Virus record (IMG/VR): IMGVR_UViG_3300045993_000669
Coordinates: 1 to 62,561 of that record
Source: a virus
Taxonomy: Duplodnaviria > Caudoviricetes
Reading direction: 5' to 3' (one strand)
DNA length: 62,561 nucleotides
Shown here one piece after another: positions 18,001-28,563 of the stretch. Position 1 is the first letter of the stretch, and each line of letters opens with the position of its first letter. The position numbers and the translations under genes are program-made. The notes beneath the pieces were generated by a model that searched no databases, had not been told where the DNA came from, and saw nothing but the letters and a program-made list of their open reading frames with translations.

Positions 18001-18361
18001 GAAGCGTACTCCTTTGCTTTGGAGCCGCGCCCGAATAGACTGAGATTAGGCTTTCGGACGGTGGCTCGTTCGTTCAGTCAGGGGCGGCAAAGGGTCTCAC
18101 CCCGATGCCGTCCCGAACATCCTACCCATTCCCCACACCAGCGCAATGTTATTGAATCAGCCCCAAGGGGGGACCACCATGGCCCTCCCTTTGCCTCCAA
18201 GGCAGGGAAGATAAGCCCCCTACCCCCCAAGGTATGACCATGACGGTGATGCCTCGGGCCAAAATGGTAGGGTAAGGTACACCCCTTTGTACCTTACGGT
18301 ACACCCCCTTGCTGAAAACCGTTTGCTATTACCCCCGGGCGCACCGTGGTAATGCCGTCCC

Positions 18362-18688
18362 ATGGCCATCGAAAAACCGAACCTCGGCGCCGATCTGGAC
18401 AACTTCTTCCGCGCGCTTTTGCGCGAGGCCAGCCCGGATGCCCAGGCGCCGGCCGATCCCGACGCGCCCGCCGGGACGCTTCCCGATGAAAAGCCCGCGC
18501 TCGGCTTCCGCGACAGGCTCGATCTGTTCAAGGCGGGCGTGGCGTATATGTCGGTGAAGAACAAACTGGATGACGGCAGCGGCAAGGAAAAGAGCGATGA
18601 GTTCGGCAAACTACAGCGGGGATACAGCCGTGGAGCGGGAAGGGGTCGTAGCGGTGCTGCCGCGGCGAACGGAGCCACCGAGCAGTAA
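18362..18688 (+). CDS. Hypothetical protein
   Basis: ORF with phage codon usage after an intergenic gap. Confidence 0.55.
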   Translation: MAIEKPNLGADLDNFFRALLREASPDAQAPADPDAPAGTLPDEKPALGFRDRLDLFKAGVAYMSVKNKLDDGSGKEKSDEFGKLQRGYSRGAGRGRSGAAAANGATEQ

Positions 18689-18971
18689 TCCCCCCCCCTT
18701 GGCCGCGCCGGCACCGGCACCCCCGGTTCCGCCGCCCGCCGTCACTCCGCCTCGGGATCGGGCGTTCATCGGGGTTCTGACCGCTTTAACGCACCTTCTG
18801 GCCGCGCGCTTCCTTCTTCTCTTGGCCGTGCTTGGCGCCTTCGTTCTGGCCGTCATGGCTATGCCAACCGGCGGGTATGCTGGCCTCGCCATCCTGATTG
18901 CTTATTGTTCTCTGACGGTCCTGCCGTTGGTGTATCTCGACATCGAGACCCACCGCAGAGGCGCCCGGTAA
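18570..18971 (+). CDS. Membrane protein (two TM helices); start uncertain
   Basis: Hydrophobic C-terminal half. Confidence 0.55.
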   Translation: MTAAARKRAMSSANYSGDTAVEREGVVAVLPRRTEPPSSNPPPLAAPAPAPPVPPPAVTPPRDRAFIGVLTALTHLLAARFLLLLAVLGAFVLAVMAMPTGGYAGLAILIAYCSLTVLPLVYLDIETHRRGAR

Positions 18972-21019
18972 TGACCCTTCCTGCCCTGACCGTCTATTCG
19001 GCTGGCATCGGCACGTTTTCCCCTGACTGGGGGAACGGGATTGTCCAGGGTGCGGCATTGCTGGCGAACCTCCGCGCGTTCCAGGGCCTGTCCGGCATGA
19101 CGGTCTGGATGGTCGGCACCACGGCGGCGGGCGACGGCGGGCAGGGCATGTTCGTCTGGAACGCGGCGGCAACGACGCCCGACGATGGCGGAACATCGGC
19201 CATCGCGGTGTCCGGCGTGCCAACGGGACGATGGATCAGACAGAACTATTTCGGCGAAACGATCCGCACAACGGCCACCGGAACGAACACGATCCTCCTG
19301 ACGCCCATTGGCATTCCTCTCGCCGCCTACGTCAATCAGCAAATGTTTACCTTCTTCGCGGCGGGCACGACGACGGCAGCCAGCACGATCAACATCTCCG
19401 GCCTCGGCGCGCACCGGGTGTTTCTGTCCGATGGCGTCACGCTGGCCGGGAACGGTGCGATCCAAAGCGGCATGTTCACGAAGGTGGCCTACAGCGCGGC
19501 GGGCGATAGCGGCGCGGGCAGTTTCATCATCATCGGCCCGGCGGAGCATCCCCCGCAGATCATCATGTCGGGTGCGCCATCGGGCCTCGCGGCAACGTCC
19601 ATCGGCAACGCGATACCCAGCTACAATGCGATCCTCGTCACCGCGACAACCGGGCAGGCCACGGTCTGGGAGAACGGCGCCTCGATCCAGTTGACCAACA
19701 ACCTCGGCCACGCGGCGGCGGTCAACAAGGTGGCGCTCTACACGGCGATCGAAGCGACGGGCGCGACGGCGGGCGACAGTTGGGCCTTCAACCCGCTGCT
19801 GCGGCTCGACGCCGGCGCGATCCCCAATCAGGCGCATCAGTGCGCCGAGTTCGATGTCGCCAACAACACGGGCACGGACTTCAACGACACCGAGGCCAGT
19901 TTCGGCCCGCCCGCCGTGTTCGGCTTGCAGGTCACCGGCATATCCACCAACCGCTGCACCGCCGCCATCGCCATCCTCGGCAACATCGCGGGCGTGCAGC
20001 CGATGTGGAACCGGGGCATTGTCCTGTCCAACACGTCCGTCCGCCTCGCGGGCTATCAGGACTTCACCGGCAGCACGACCAGCCTCGATATCTGGGGCAG
20101 CCACACCTACGGGTTCGACACCAAGAACGCGGCGATCTCCGGATCGGCCATCAGGGTCGCCGCCGGGCATCCGATCTCGTCTCGGAACGTCGGCGACTCC
20201 GCCGATCTGGCCCTGATCCAACTCGACGGATCAGACCGCGTATTCATCGGGAACGCGACATCGACCGACGTTCTGTTTCTGGCGCCGAACGTCGGGCCAA
20301 GCGCGGACAACACGATGACGAGCGGCAAGGCCATCGCCCGCTGGTCCGCCGTGTGGGCCGCGAACGGCGCGATCCAGACATCCGATCCGAGAATGAAAAC
20401 CGCCATCGCGCCGCTGCCAACAATCCTGCCCCTCGTGATGGCGATCCAGCCGAAAACCTTCAAATGGAAGAGCGGCGGAAAGAAGTTCGTTCCCGTCACG
20501 AAGACGCATCTGGTCCGCGACGTGGAAGCCTATGACGAAGAAGTTTCCGCCGTGGAGATGGTGGACGGCGTTGCCACCTGGGTAACGAAGACCGTCAAAC
20601 ACGAGGCGCCCGCCTACGATGAATTGGCCGTCGTGAACCCTGACGGCACCCCAGCCATCGCGATCATTCCTGGGCGCCCGGCGGTTCATGACGCGGCGGG
20701 CAGGGTCATCCGGGCGGCGGTGCCAGAACAACGGGTGCGGCGGATGCACCGCGAGCCGCGCTACGTGATGAAGACCGAGACCGTCAATGAATTGCAGGAG
20801 ACGCCCGGCGCGCGGACCCATTGGGGGTTCATGGCCCCGGAAGTAAAAGCCGCGTTCGATGGGATCAGGATGGACTTTGGCGGGCATGTGCTGGCCGAGG
20901 ACGGCACGCAGCACTTGCGGCCGGACCAGATGATCCCGGTGCTTTGGAAGGCGGTTCAGGAACTGGCCGCCGAGGTCCAGGCGCTAAAAGCGGCGGCTGC
21001 CGGGAAGGCGCCAGCATGA
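18971..21019 (+). CDS. Tail fibre/spike with C-terminal intramolecular chaperone (peptidase S74)
   Basis: TSDPRMKTAIAPL, HWGFMAPEV, LWKAVQEL coiled coil. Confidence 0.85.
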   Translation: MTLPALTVYSAGIGTFSPDWGNGIVQGAALLANLRAFQGLSGMTVWMVGTTAAGDGGQGMFVWNAAATTPDDGGTSAIAVSGVPTGRWIRQNYFGETIRTTATGTNTILLTPIGIPLAAYVNQQMFTFFAAGTTTAASTINISGLGAHRVFLSDGVTLAGNGAIQSGMFTKVAYSAAGDSGAGSFIIIGPAEHPPQIIMSGAPSGLAATSIGNAIPSYNAILVTATTGQATVWENGASIQLTNNLGHAAAVNKVALYTAIEATGATAGDSWAFNPLLRLDAGAIPNQAHQCAEFDVANNTGTDFNDTEASFGPPAVFGLQVTGISTNRCTAAIAILGNIAGVQPMWNRGIVLSNTSVRLAGYQDFTGSTTSLDIWGSHTYGFDTKNAAISGSAIRVAAGHPISSRNVGDSADLALIQLDGSDRVFIGNATSTDVLFLAPNVGPSADNTMTSGKAIARWSAVWAANGAIQTSDPRMKTAIAPLPTILPLVMAIQPKTFKWKSGGKKFVPVTKTHLVRDVEAYDEEVSAVEMVDGVATWVTKTVKHEAPAYDELAVVNPDGTPAIAIIPGRPAVHDAAGRVIRAAVPEQRVRRMHREPRYVMKTETVNELQETPGARTHWGFMAPEVKAAFDGIRMDFGGHVLAEDGTQHLRPDQMIPVLWKAVQELAAEVQALKAAAAGKAPA

Positions 21020-22002
21020 CCGTCCCCACCAACGCCATCCTGTCGAACGGCGTCGGGGTAATCCCGGACGATCTGGCGAATACATGGGTCCAGTGCTGTC
21101 AGACCTTCGCGCAACTCCGCCAGTTCGTCGGCAAGAGCGGGATGACGACAATCCTGCAAGGCGCGGCCGCACCCGGCGACGGCGCGGCCGGCGTGTTCTA
21201 CTGGCAAAACGGCATCTTCACGGATGACGGGCTGAACACCATCGTCCCGCCCGCCGCAGCCGGGATCGGCGCGTGGCAGCGGATCATCCTGTTCGTCTCC
21301 GGCGTGACATCGGTAAACGGCCAGACCGGCGTAGCGGTCCTCGGTGTAGCGGACATCGCGGGCGCGGCGCCGCTCGCCAGCCCGGCCTTCACCGGCAACC
21401 CCACGGCCCCCACGCCGATCCCGGCCACCAACAACACCGAACTGGCCACCACGGCCTATGTGTGGGCGTCCCTGGCCATCCCCCCGGCCTACGGCAGCAC
21501 GACCCCGAACGCCGTCTCCGCCACCACACTGAGCGCCACCGGCCTGATCACCCCGGCGACGGTGGCGGGGATCAAGGGCACCACCCTGGCCGACAGCGCC
21601 CAGGCGGGCAGCATCGGGGAAACCATCACGTCCACGGTCCTGGCCGGTGCGGCGGTCGCGCTGACAACCGTGGTATCGGCCAACATCACCCAGATCATCC
21701 TCACGGCGGGCGATTGGGATGTCTGGGCCACGGCGGCCTTCGCGGCGGCCGGCGGCACCACCGTGTCTTCCATCGCCGCGGGGATCAGCACCACCACGGC
21801 AACCCTGCCCACCATCCCAGGCGCGGGCGCTTCCTTCGTTCTCGCCGCCACGTTGACCGCCGGGGCGACACAGGCGCACCCCGTGGGCATGACGCGCATC
21901 AACGTCTCCACCACAACGACGGTGTTCCTGGTCGCCAACGCCGCGTTCGCGGTGTCCACCATGGGCGCCTATGGCTTCATCGGCGCCCGCAGAGTGAGGT
22001 AA
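21016..22002 (+). CDS. Tail fibre protein
   Basis: VTSVNGQTG and APLASPAFTGNPTAPT..NNTELATTAYV fibre motifs. Confidence 0.8.
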   Translation: MTVPTNAILSNGVGVIPDDLANTWVQCCQTFAQLRQFVGKSGMTTILQGAAAPGDGAAGVFYWQNGIFTDDGLNTIVPPAAAGIGAWQRIILFVSGVTSVNGQTGVAVLGVADIAGAAPLASPAFTGNPTAPTPIPATNNTELATTAYVWASLAIPPAYGSTTPNAVSATTLSATGLITPATVAGIKGTTLADSAQAGSIGETITSTVLAGAAVALTTVVSANITQIILTAGDWDVWATAAFAAAGGTTVSSIAAGISTTTATLPTIPGAGASFVLAATLTAGATQAHPVGMTRINVSTTTTVFLVANAAFAVSTMGAYGFIGARRVR

Positions 22003-22008
22003 TCCGTC

Positions 22009-22680
22009 ATGTATTTGCCAAACGCCGCCGGGCAGTCCGGCGTTCATCGTGCCTTCCGCGCCGATGGCTCCCTGACATCCTCTGTCCTGCCGCAACTGAT
22101 TCTGCCCCAGGCCCTGTCACGCTGCCAACTGATGATCATGAACACGTCCGCCGCCGGGATGTTCATGGAACACGGCCCGCCCCGGGCGAACGCCACGATC
22201 ACGGCGGGCGTGGTCACGGCGGTGACCGTCCTCAACGGCGGCTTCAACTTCACCCTGCCGCCTACCGTGCAGTTCCTCGGCGGCGCGGGCCAGGGCACCG
22301 GGGTGCTTCAGGGCTATGCCGACTTCATCGCCAATTCATCCTGGAACGGGCGCGGCCTGATCGGGTCCGTCTCCCCCACCGGCACCAGCGCCGTGACAGC
22401 CCGGCCCGCCGTCGCCCGTGCAGTGCTGACGGCCAACGCGGTGACTTCCATCGTGATCGACGACGGCGGCGCGGGCTACATCAACCCGCCCGAGGTCCTG
22501 CTGATCAACGATCCTCGCGATCCGTTCGGGTGTGCCAATCCGGCGACGGGCAGCGGGTCCGGCCTGATCCTGGCCCCGTCCGGCGGGTCCTATTACCTGA
22601 ACCACACGGCGATGTGGACGGATGCCATCGCGCTCTTTGGCACCGCCGGATCGACGTTCTTCTGTGAGTACATGATATGA
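22009..22680 (+). CDS. Structural protein with GGAGYINPP-type repeat
   Basis: Repeat shared with 4967-6034 and 7672-10002. Confidence 0.6.
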   Translation: MYLPNAAGQSGVHRAFRADGSLTSSVLPQLILPQALSRCQLMIMNTSAAGMFMEHGPPRANATITAGVVTAVTVLNGGFNFTLPPTVQFLGGAGQGTGVLQGYADFIANSSWNGRGLIGSVSPTGTSAVTARPAVARAVLTANAVTSIVIDDGGAGYINPPEVLLINDPRDPFGCANPATGSGSGLILAPSGGSYYLNHTAMWTDAIALFGTAGSTFFCEYMI

Positions 22681-25600
22681 TCGCGCGCCTTCGCCTCGTT
22701 CTGCTGCTGATCCTCGCTTCGGGCGCGGCGGTGGCGCAGCCGGTCTTTCCGAACCAGCCGGGGCTTCTCGGCCGGTCCTACATCAACAACGATCCGATGA
22801 TCTCGACCCTGGACAGCCTCGCGAATGGCGGCGTCCGGATGTACGGGGATCTGCAAGAGTTCGACGCGGTGGCCTGCTACAACGTGGGCGGCGTGCAATG
22901 CCAGATCGCCAGCGCGGCTACCGGCGACGGCTCATCCCTCACGATAACCGGCGTGACGCTCCCGGTGTGGATCGTCGGCGGGAACCTCGTCACGATCCTG
23001 GGCACGAACGTGGCGGCCAGCACCACCATTACTTCGTTCACCGGCACGCCCGGCGGCGCGGGCACGATCACAGTCAACAATCTCCCCACGGGCGCGCTGG
23101 GCACGATCAACTTCCAGCAACCCAAAAACGTCATCGACTTCCCCCTGTCCGGAACCACCAGCACGACGGTTACCGCCGTGAAGGGATCGAACACCCTGAC
23201 GCTTGGCTCCAGCGCGTTCTGTGTCGCCAAAATCCAGGGCCAGCCCCTCTACATCGCGGGCATCACGGCGCCGGGCACGCTCCTGGCTGGCTGCCTCTCA
23301 TCCAACAAGATCGCGCTCTCCCTGCCGATCACCGCCGATCCGCTTGGCGCTACCTTCACGGTCCAATACGGCGTGAACTTCCAGGCCACTTGCCCGCCGA
23401 ACCCTGCCTCCGTGGGCGTCACCGGCTGCGTTGGATCGTATTTGACGACCCCTTTTTGGCTATCCGCTGGCAGCGCGGCGCAGGGCGATTTGCAACTGAT
23501 CACCGCCGTGAACTCGTCAACCAACATCACCTACGGGTCCAATTCCGCCGTTCTCGTGAACACCAACGCGGCCCATTTCCTGGTCGGGCATGACGACAGC
23601 GCGGGCGCCACGGCGGCGTGCGGATACGCCCTGGCGCGGAACCTGATCCTTGACGTGCCTGTGAACCACTTCACACCTGCCCTCGGGCGTACCTGCTACG
23701 ACATCAAACTGCGCGGCTTCGGCAGGCTCGCGACCGGCGGCGACACGCTCAAGGCGGCGGCCACGGTGTTCCCAGAGCCGATCGTCCCGGCATGGGATGC
23801 GCCGCTGCCATCGCCCCCGAAGCCAGGCATCATCGCCCGTCTGCATCTCCCCAACATGATCGCCGCGGGGCGGGCGCCCATCGCGGTATCGACCTATGAC
23901 AGCCTCGGTGCGCCAAACCCTAACAACTACAATTCGATGGATGCCTACCCGGCGGCCCTGCTCCGCGCGATCATGACGCAGAACCCGCTGCTCGCGCCGG
24001 CCATGAAGATGTGCGGCGTCGGTGGCGCGACGATGGCGAACTTCAACGGCAACCCCAACCAGACCGGCACGCCCTGCATCACCGGCACGGGCACGTCCTT
24101 CCTGAGCCAGATCGCGGCCTACACCACGCCGAACGCCGTCCTGGTCGGCGGCACCAACAACGACCGGGAAGGGTTCGATCCGCTGCAAATGGTGGACGCG
24201 TGGGGCAAGATCACGCTCCCCTCGGCCAATGGCGGCGCGTTCACCAACGGCGCGGATTGGATCGCGGTGGTCCACCATCCTTATTCCCGCATCAACACGA
24301 ACGCCGGTAGCACATCGCCCATCGAAATCGGGATGGAATATGCCAGCGGCTGGCTGTCCTCTTTCTGCGCCGTGATGCGATGCGGCAAGATCGACGCGGC
24401 GGTGGAAGGCATCAAGCACCTGTGGGGCTACGATCCGCTCGCCACGGCCTTTGAGAAGCGTTTCGATATAGTCTCGTCCGTCATCGGCAATCTGGCGCTT
24501 CCAACGACCTACCCCCGTTTGATCCACGGCGCCGCGATCACGGTCGGCAAGACAGCGCAGGCGGGCGCCGCGTTCTGGGCCAACTTCACGGGCGGCTCCG
24601 TTACCGATTCGCGCGGCCCCTTCATCGCGTTCAAGGTCGGATCTGACGGCAGCCTCGCGGTCGGCAACTGGGTGTGGATATTCCAGATCGCCGGGCCGAC
24701 ATTCGCCGTCCAGTGCGATCTCACGCCGCTGTTGCCCGGCCTCGGCTGCGCCGATCCGGCAACCGGCAAGCCGCCCGTTATCCCCAGCCTCAAAGGCACG
24801 ATCACCGTCCCGGCGGGCGCGTCTCCGGTGGTGACGACCAGCGCGGCGAACTGGGGCTGGACGTGCCCGGCTGCGGGCGCCACGGTCGCGATACCGCAAG
24901 CTGGCACGGCGCAGAGCATCCCCGGCCACGGCGCCTACACCGAACCCTGGATCACCACCACGTCGGCCTGCACCACCACCAGCGTGACCCTGGTTGGCAC
25001 CGCGCCAACCCCCGGCACCTACACCAACAGCTTCGTCATGCTCGGCAACCCCGTCATCTCCACGGGCGTGGTCGATGTGGGCGACGGCAGCGGCAACGAG
25101 GCGTGGGGCGTCGAATGGAAGGGCGAAGACTTCCTGATGTGGTGCAACGTCAAAAACACACCATGCTTCACGTCCAAGCTCATGCGCCCGCGCGCCGCCT
25201 ACTCCATGAAGATCGTCAGCGGCGGGACGAACCCCGTCTTTCCGATCGCCGCCGATCCCAGCAACTCGAACCTCCCGCTGTTCTCCGTGGCCGTGCCGGT
25301 CGCGAACCTGACGATCCTCCGGGACAGCGACATCAACGGCCCGGCGTCCAATATTCTGCTGAACAGCGTGGGCATTGGCCCGTCCGGCGGCGACGGCAAC
25401 AACCACAACACGTCCCGGTTTGGCGCGGGCACGGTGGCGCAGTTAATCGCGGCAAATGATTTGTCATTCCCCAGCGCGGGCGGGATCACCACCGTCGTGC
25501 CAACAACTGGCCAGACGATCACCGTCCCGGCCTCCACCGGCTCCTATATCGTCTCCCCGGCCGGCACGCTGGCCACCCTCACCGTCGTCCTGCCGCTCCA

Positions 25601-25790
25601 ATCCTACAAACTGGGCGACGTGCTGGATATCTCGTTCAACCAGATCATCACGGCGCTGACGATCACCCCAGGCACCGGCCAGACCGTCAACGGCGCGGCG
25701 GTCACCACGGCGGCCCTCGGGGCAACCCTGCGCTACAAGGTGACCGGGGTTCGCTCGGGCAACGTCGTCACGTGGCAGCGGATTCAGTGA
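22677..25790 (+). CDS. Large tailspike-like protein with SGNH/GDSL hydrolase-like domain and apparent signal peptide
   Basis: YDSLG, GVGGATM, GGTNND and DGNNH motifs; N-terminal MIARLRLVLLLILASGAAVA/Q. Confidence 0.6.
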   Translation: MIARLRLVLLLILASGAAVAQPVFPNQPGLLGRSYINNDPMISTLDSLANGGVRMYGDLQEFDAVACYNVGGVQCQIASAATGDGSSLTITGVTLPVWIVGGNLVTILGTNVAASTTITSFTGTPGGAGTITVNNLPTGALGTINFQQPKNVIDFPLSGTTSTTVTAVKGSNTLTLGSSAFCVAKIQGQPLYIAGITAPGTLLAGCLSSNKIALSLPITADPLGATFTVQYGVNFQATCPPNPASVGVTGCVGSYLTTPFWLSAGSAAQGDLQLITAVNSSTNITYGSNSAVLVNTNAAHFLVGHDDSAGATAACGYALARNLILDVPVNHFTPALGRTCYDIKLRGFGRLATGGDTLKAAATVFPEPIVPAWDAPLPSPPKPGIIARLHLPNMIAAGRAPIAVSTYDSLGAPNPNNYNSMDAYPAALLRAIMTQNPLLAPAMKMCGVGGATMANFNGNPNQTGTPCITGTGTSFLSQIAAYTTPNAVLVGGTNNDREGFDPLQMVDAWGKITLPSANGGAFTNGADWIAVVHHPYSRINTNAGSTSPIEIGMEYASGWLSSFCAVMRCGKIDAAVEGIKHLWGYDPLATAFEKRFDIVSSVIGNLALPTTYPRLIHGAAITVGKTAQAGAAFWANFTGGSVTDSRGPFIAFKVGSDGSLAVGNWVWIFQIAGPTFAVQCDLTPLLPGLGCADPATGKPPVIPSLKGTITVPAGASPVVTTSAANWGWTCPAAGATVAIPQAGTAQSIPGHGAYTEPWITTTSACTTTSVTLVGTAPTPGTYTNSFVMLGNPVISTGVVDVGDGSGNEAWGVEWKGEDFLMWCNVKNTPCFTSKLMRPRAAYSMKIVSGGTNPVFPIAADPSNSNLPLFSVAVPVANLTILRDSDINGPASNILLNSVGIGPSGGDGNNHNTSRFGAGTVAQLIAANDLSFPSAGGITTVVPTTGQTITVPASTGSYIVSPAGTLATLTVVLPLQSYKLGDVLDISFNQIITALTITPGTGQTVNGAAVTTAALGATLRYKVTGVRSGNVVTWQRIQ

Positions 25791-26041
25791 TCCGCGCCGC
25801 CGCCCCTATCGTCGTCTCGGTCATCATCCTGATCATGTTCGCCGCCGTCAGCGTCTTGGTTCTGACGAAGGGCCTGTATCCCGGCTCCGAACCCGTGGCC
25901 CTGATGCTGGTCGGCGGCCTGATCGGGATGGTCGGGCAGGTCGGGAATTACTGGCTGGGGAGCAGCGCGGGGAGCAAGGACAAGGACCTTGCCCTCGCGG
26001 CGGCCCAGAACGCGAAGGCCCCGGAACTGCCGCTGCGATAG
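25787..26041 (+). CDS. Holin-like two-TM protein
   Basis: Two TM helices followed by NYWLGSSAGSKDKD. Confidence 0.65.
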   Translation: MIRAAAPIVVSVIILIMFAAVSVLVLTKGLYPGSEPVALMLVGGLIGMVGQVGNYWLGSSAGSKDKDLALAAAQNAKAPELPLR

Positions 26042-26850
26042 CCCAGAACGCATTCCCTTGCCTTAGGTCATGGCTAAGGTAAGGTTGGGATTGGGTGTCA
26101 CTCACTCAATAACGGCAGCGTCTACTGCCGCTTCGGTAGCCCAGAACGCCGAAACGCCCGGGCGATTGACGCACCGGGCGCTTGGGTTTAGTCGGGCGCA
26201 TCGGTGCTTTTCTTGGCAGAGCACACCGACGCGACAGCTTGCGAGGCGAGATATAATCTCCCGAAACATTCTCCGCAAGAGACTGCCCGTGCCCTTGGCG
26301 CCCATGCCCTGGCGTCATCACCCCGGACCAACCGGGGAACGCAGCTTGCGGGATATGGATGGCTCCGATGAACAACGGCATCAGCACCCCGATCTGGCCT
26401 GAAACAAGGGAACGCCGCCCGCGCGTACGCACTTGCGGGATTGCCAACCAGGGCCTTTCAAATCGTGTAGGCGGTCAGGCCCGCCTGTGCGGTGACCCCA
26501 TTTCGCCCGATCGCAACAAGCGGTTCCGTGGCTGCGCGAGTACCCTCACAAGTTTTGCCTCGATGCGGCCAGCAGACCAGCAGGCGCATCCTGTCCCAAA
26601 TGCCGACACCCTACCATGCTGGGCAGTTTCACGACGGCGGCCGCCATTGAGCAGCCGAAAGCATGGGCACGCTCGTCTGGCCCGCGTAAGGGCAGTGAGG
26701 AATCATCGTTGGCTTGATACACGGGGCGAGGCGGCTGTCGATAAACCGCCAGGGACCAACTTGCCGCATGGGGTTCACACCCCCCGGTAGCTTGCATCCT
26801 GGACGTGCCTTCAGGACCGTAGAGCACGCACGCTCTACGAAATGGGGACG
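26041..26850 (+). ncRNA. Putative large structured ncRNA, family unknown
   Basis: About 800 nt without a credible ORF; dense hairpins with G-U wobbles mostly on the + strand. Confidence 0.45.
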
Positions 26851-26887
26851 CTTGCCTAAAGAGCAACAAAGAGCAAACGAGGGTGAA

Positions 26888-27160
26888 ATGAGAAACGGGC
26901 CGTGGAAAGACCTGAAAGTGGAGACCGGCAGATGGCGTGATCTGAAAATCGCCAAACCGGGCGTTGCTTCTCGAACCGGGAAGCGATTGGATGACGAAAC
27001 CCTTCTCGCGCGGGCGACGGAAGATGCGAAGCGCCTCGCGAAGAAGATTGTCACATTCCCGACTGACAGCCGAGGCTATGCTGTTTCGGCCGAAATCCCA
27101 CCCGATGTTCTAGCGCACCAGATGACGCCGGTTCCGAAGAAAAAGCGGGCGCGGTTGTAA
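26888..27160 (+). CDS. Hypothetical basic protein
   Basis: GAGG RBS before ATG. Confidence 0.5.
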   Translation: MRNGPWKDLKVETGRWRDLKIAKPGVASRTGKRLDDETLLARATEDAKRLAKKIVTFPTDSRGYAVSAEIPPDVLAHQMTPVPKKKRARL

Positions 27161-27293
27161 ACCAAGCAAAAGGCGTCCACTGATGATGGAAATACTTTCC
27201 TGGCTCCTGGTGGCCGGCCTTGCTGTTGCTGCTCTCTCCGGGGTCCAGGCGTTCGACGTGCTGATCGTTGATCTCACCGGAGGATGGTAGTTC

Positions 27294-28052
27294 TTGCCCG
27301 AGGACGAACGCGGCAACCCACGGCTCAACCTGCCATCGCCCGATCCGTCCGTTCTCACGACGGCGCAACTGCACGAGGCGGTCAACAACCTCCGCGCCCT
27401 GATCACCGCCGACATCCGCGCCATCGAAACCCGGCTCGACGGCATCGACAAAGCGACCGAACTTTTCACCGAAAACCTGACGCGCGTGCCTACCGATGTG
27501 GACCGGCAGATCCAGCATTTGAAGGAACTGCACGAGGCGCGGTTCGCCACGGTAAAGTTGCAGTTCGAATCTGTTGAAATGCGGTTCACGGAACGCGGCC
27601 AGCGGACCATCGAGGCGATCCAGAACTCACGTGATTCGCTTGCGAACGCGATAGAATTTGCGAAGGAAGCCGCCGACACGAGAGAAGTCGCTAGCGCGCT
27701 GGCGATCGGCAAATCCGAACACGCTTTCACCAAGCAGATCGACGCGCTGATCGGCCTTCGTGTGGCCGACATGCACGCGATGGAGGGCAAGATCGAAGAC
27801 CTGAAAGGCCGGATGGACCGCACCGAGGGCCGGTTCATGGGCGGACAGGAGACGAAGACCGAACGCCGCCTCGACACCGGTTCCGTCGTGGGTATGATTT
27901 CCGCGGGCGTTGCGGTCGGCATGGCGATTGTCACGCTGGTTGGCGCCTTCGCGGTGCAGCATTCGCCCGCGCCAACCCCATCCATAGCCGTTGCCCCTGC
28001 CCCTTACGTCCTCCAGGCTGTGCCCCCCACTGCTCCTGCGCCTACTAGGTAG
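27294..28052 (+). CDS. Coiled-coil protein with C-terminal TM helix
   Basis: Heptad-rich sequence plus hydrophobic segment. Confidence 0.65.
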   Translation: MPEDERGNPRLNLPSPDPSVLTTAQLHEAVNNLRALITADIRAIETRLDGIDKATELFTENLTRVPTDVDRQIQHLKELHEARFATVKLQFESVEMRFTERGQRTIEAIQNSRDSLANAIEFAKEAADTREVASALAIGKSEHAFTKQIDALIGLRVADMHAMEGKIEDLKGRMDRTEGRFMGGQETKTERRLDTGSVVGMISAGVAVGMAIVTLVGAFAVQHSPAPTPSIAVAPAPYVLQAVPPTAPAPTR

Positions 28053-28095
28053 AAGACGGCGCTTGACGCCCGCCACCCCAAAGGAATACTGCGCC

Positions 28096-28563
28096 ATGCA
28101 CCCTCACCATCCGTGCCTGATCCGCGAAATCATCATCCGGGAATACGCCTGTCCGCCCACCGGGCCGCGCCATATCGTGCTGGGCATTCCTGAAATCACC
28201 AGAAAGGGCCAACCCGTGGCAAACTTCCCCGTTCGCAGTGACGAAATCGTTAGTCTCCCGCTTCTGCTTCAGTCCAATGGCGCGGTTGTCCCGACGCCGC
28301 CCGGCGATACCTTCACCGCCGTTTCCAGCGATCCGTCCGCCCTGAATGCCGTGATCGGCACCATGTCCAACGGCCTTCCGGCCCTGGTCATCAACCGCCT
28401 CACCCTCGCGATGAATGACGTGACCGTGACTGTTTCTGACAGCGCGGGTTCCACGCCGGCCACGCAGGTTTTCACGTCCGCCGATGCTCCGCCCGTTGCC
28501 GCGGACATCTCGATCGACACCACGAACGTGGAACGCAGCACCCAGCCTGTCCCCACGGTCTGA
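28096..28563 (+). CDS. Ig-like beta-domain protein
   Basis: FTAVSSDPS and VTVTVSDSAG Ig-type motifs; alternative start at 28216. Confidence 0.5.
   Translation: MHPHHPCLIREIIIREYACPPTGPRHIVLGIPEITRKGQPVANFPVRSDEIVSLPLLLQSNGAVVPTPPGDTFTAVSSDPSALNAVIGTMSNGLPALVINRLTLAMNDVTVTVSDSAGSTPATQVFTSADAPPVAADISIDTTNVERSTQPVPTV

Noticed and set aside
122-25406. Numerous long antisense and alternate-frame ORFs over the structural genes
   Set aside because: Shadow ORFs expected in high-GC DNA; no motifs or RBS support.
26470-26530. Resemblance to group II intron domain V
   Set aside because: Catalytic triad and bulge geometry do not fit; no RT/maturase and no interrupted gene.
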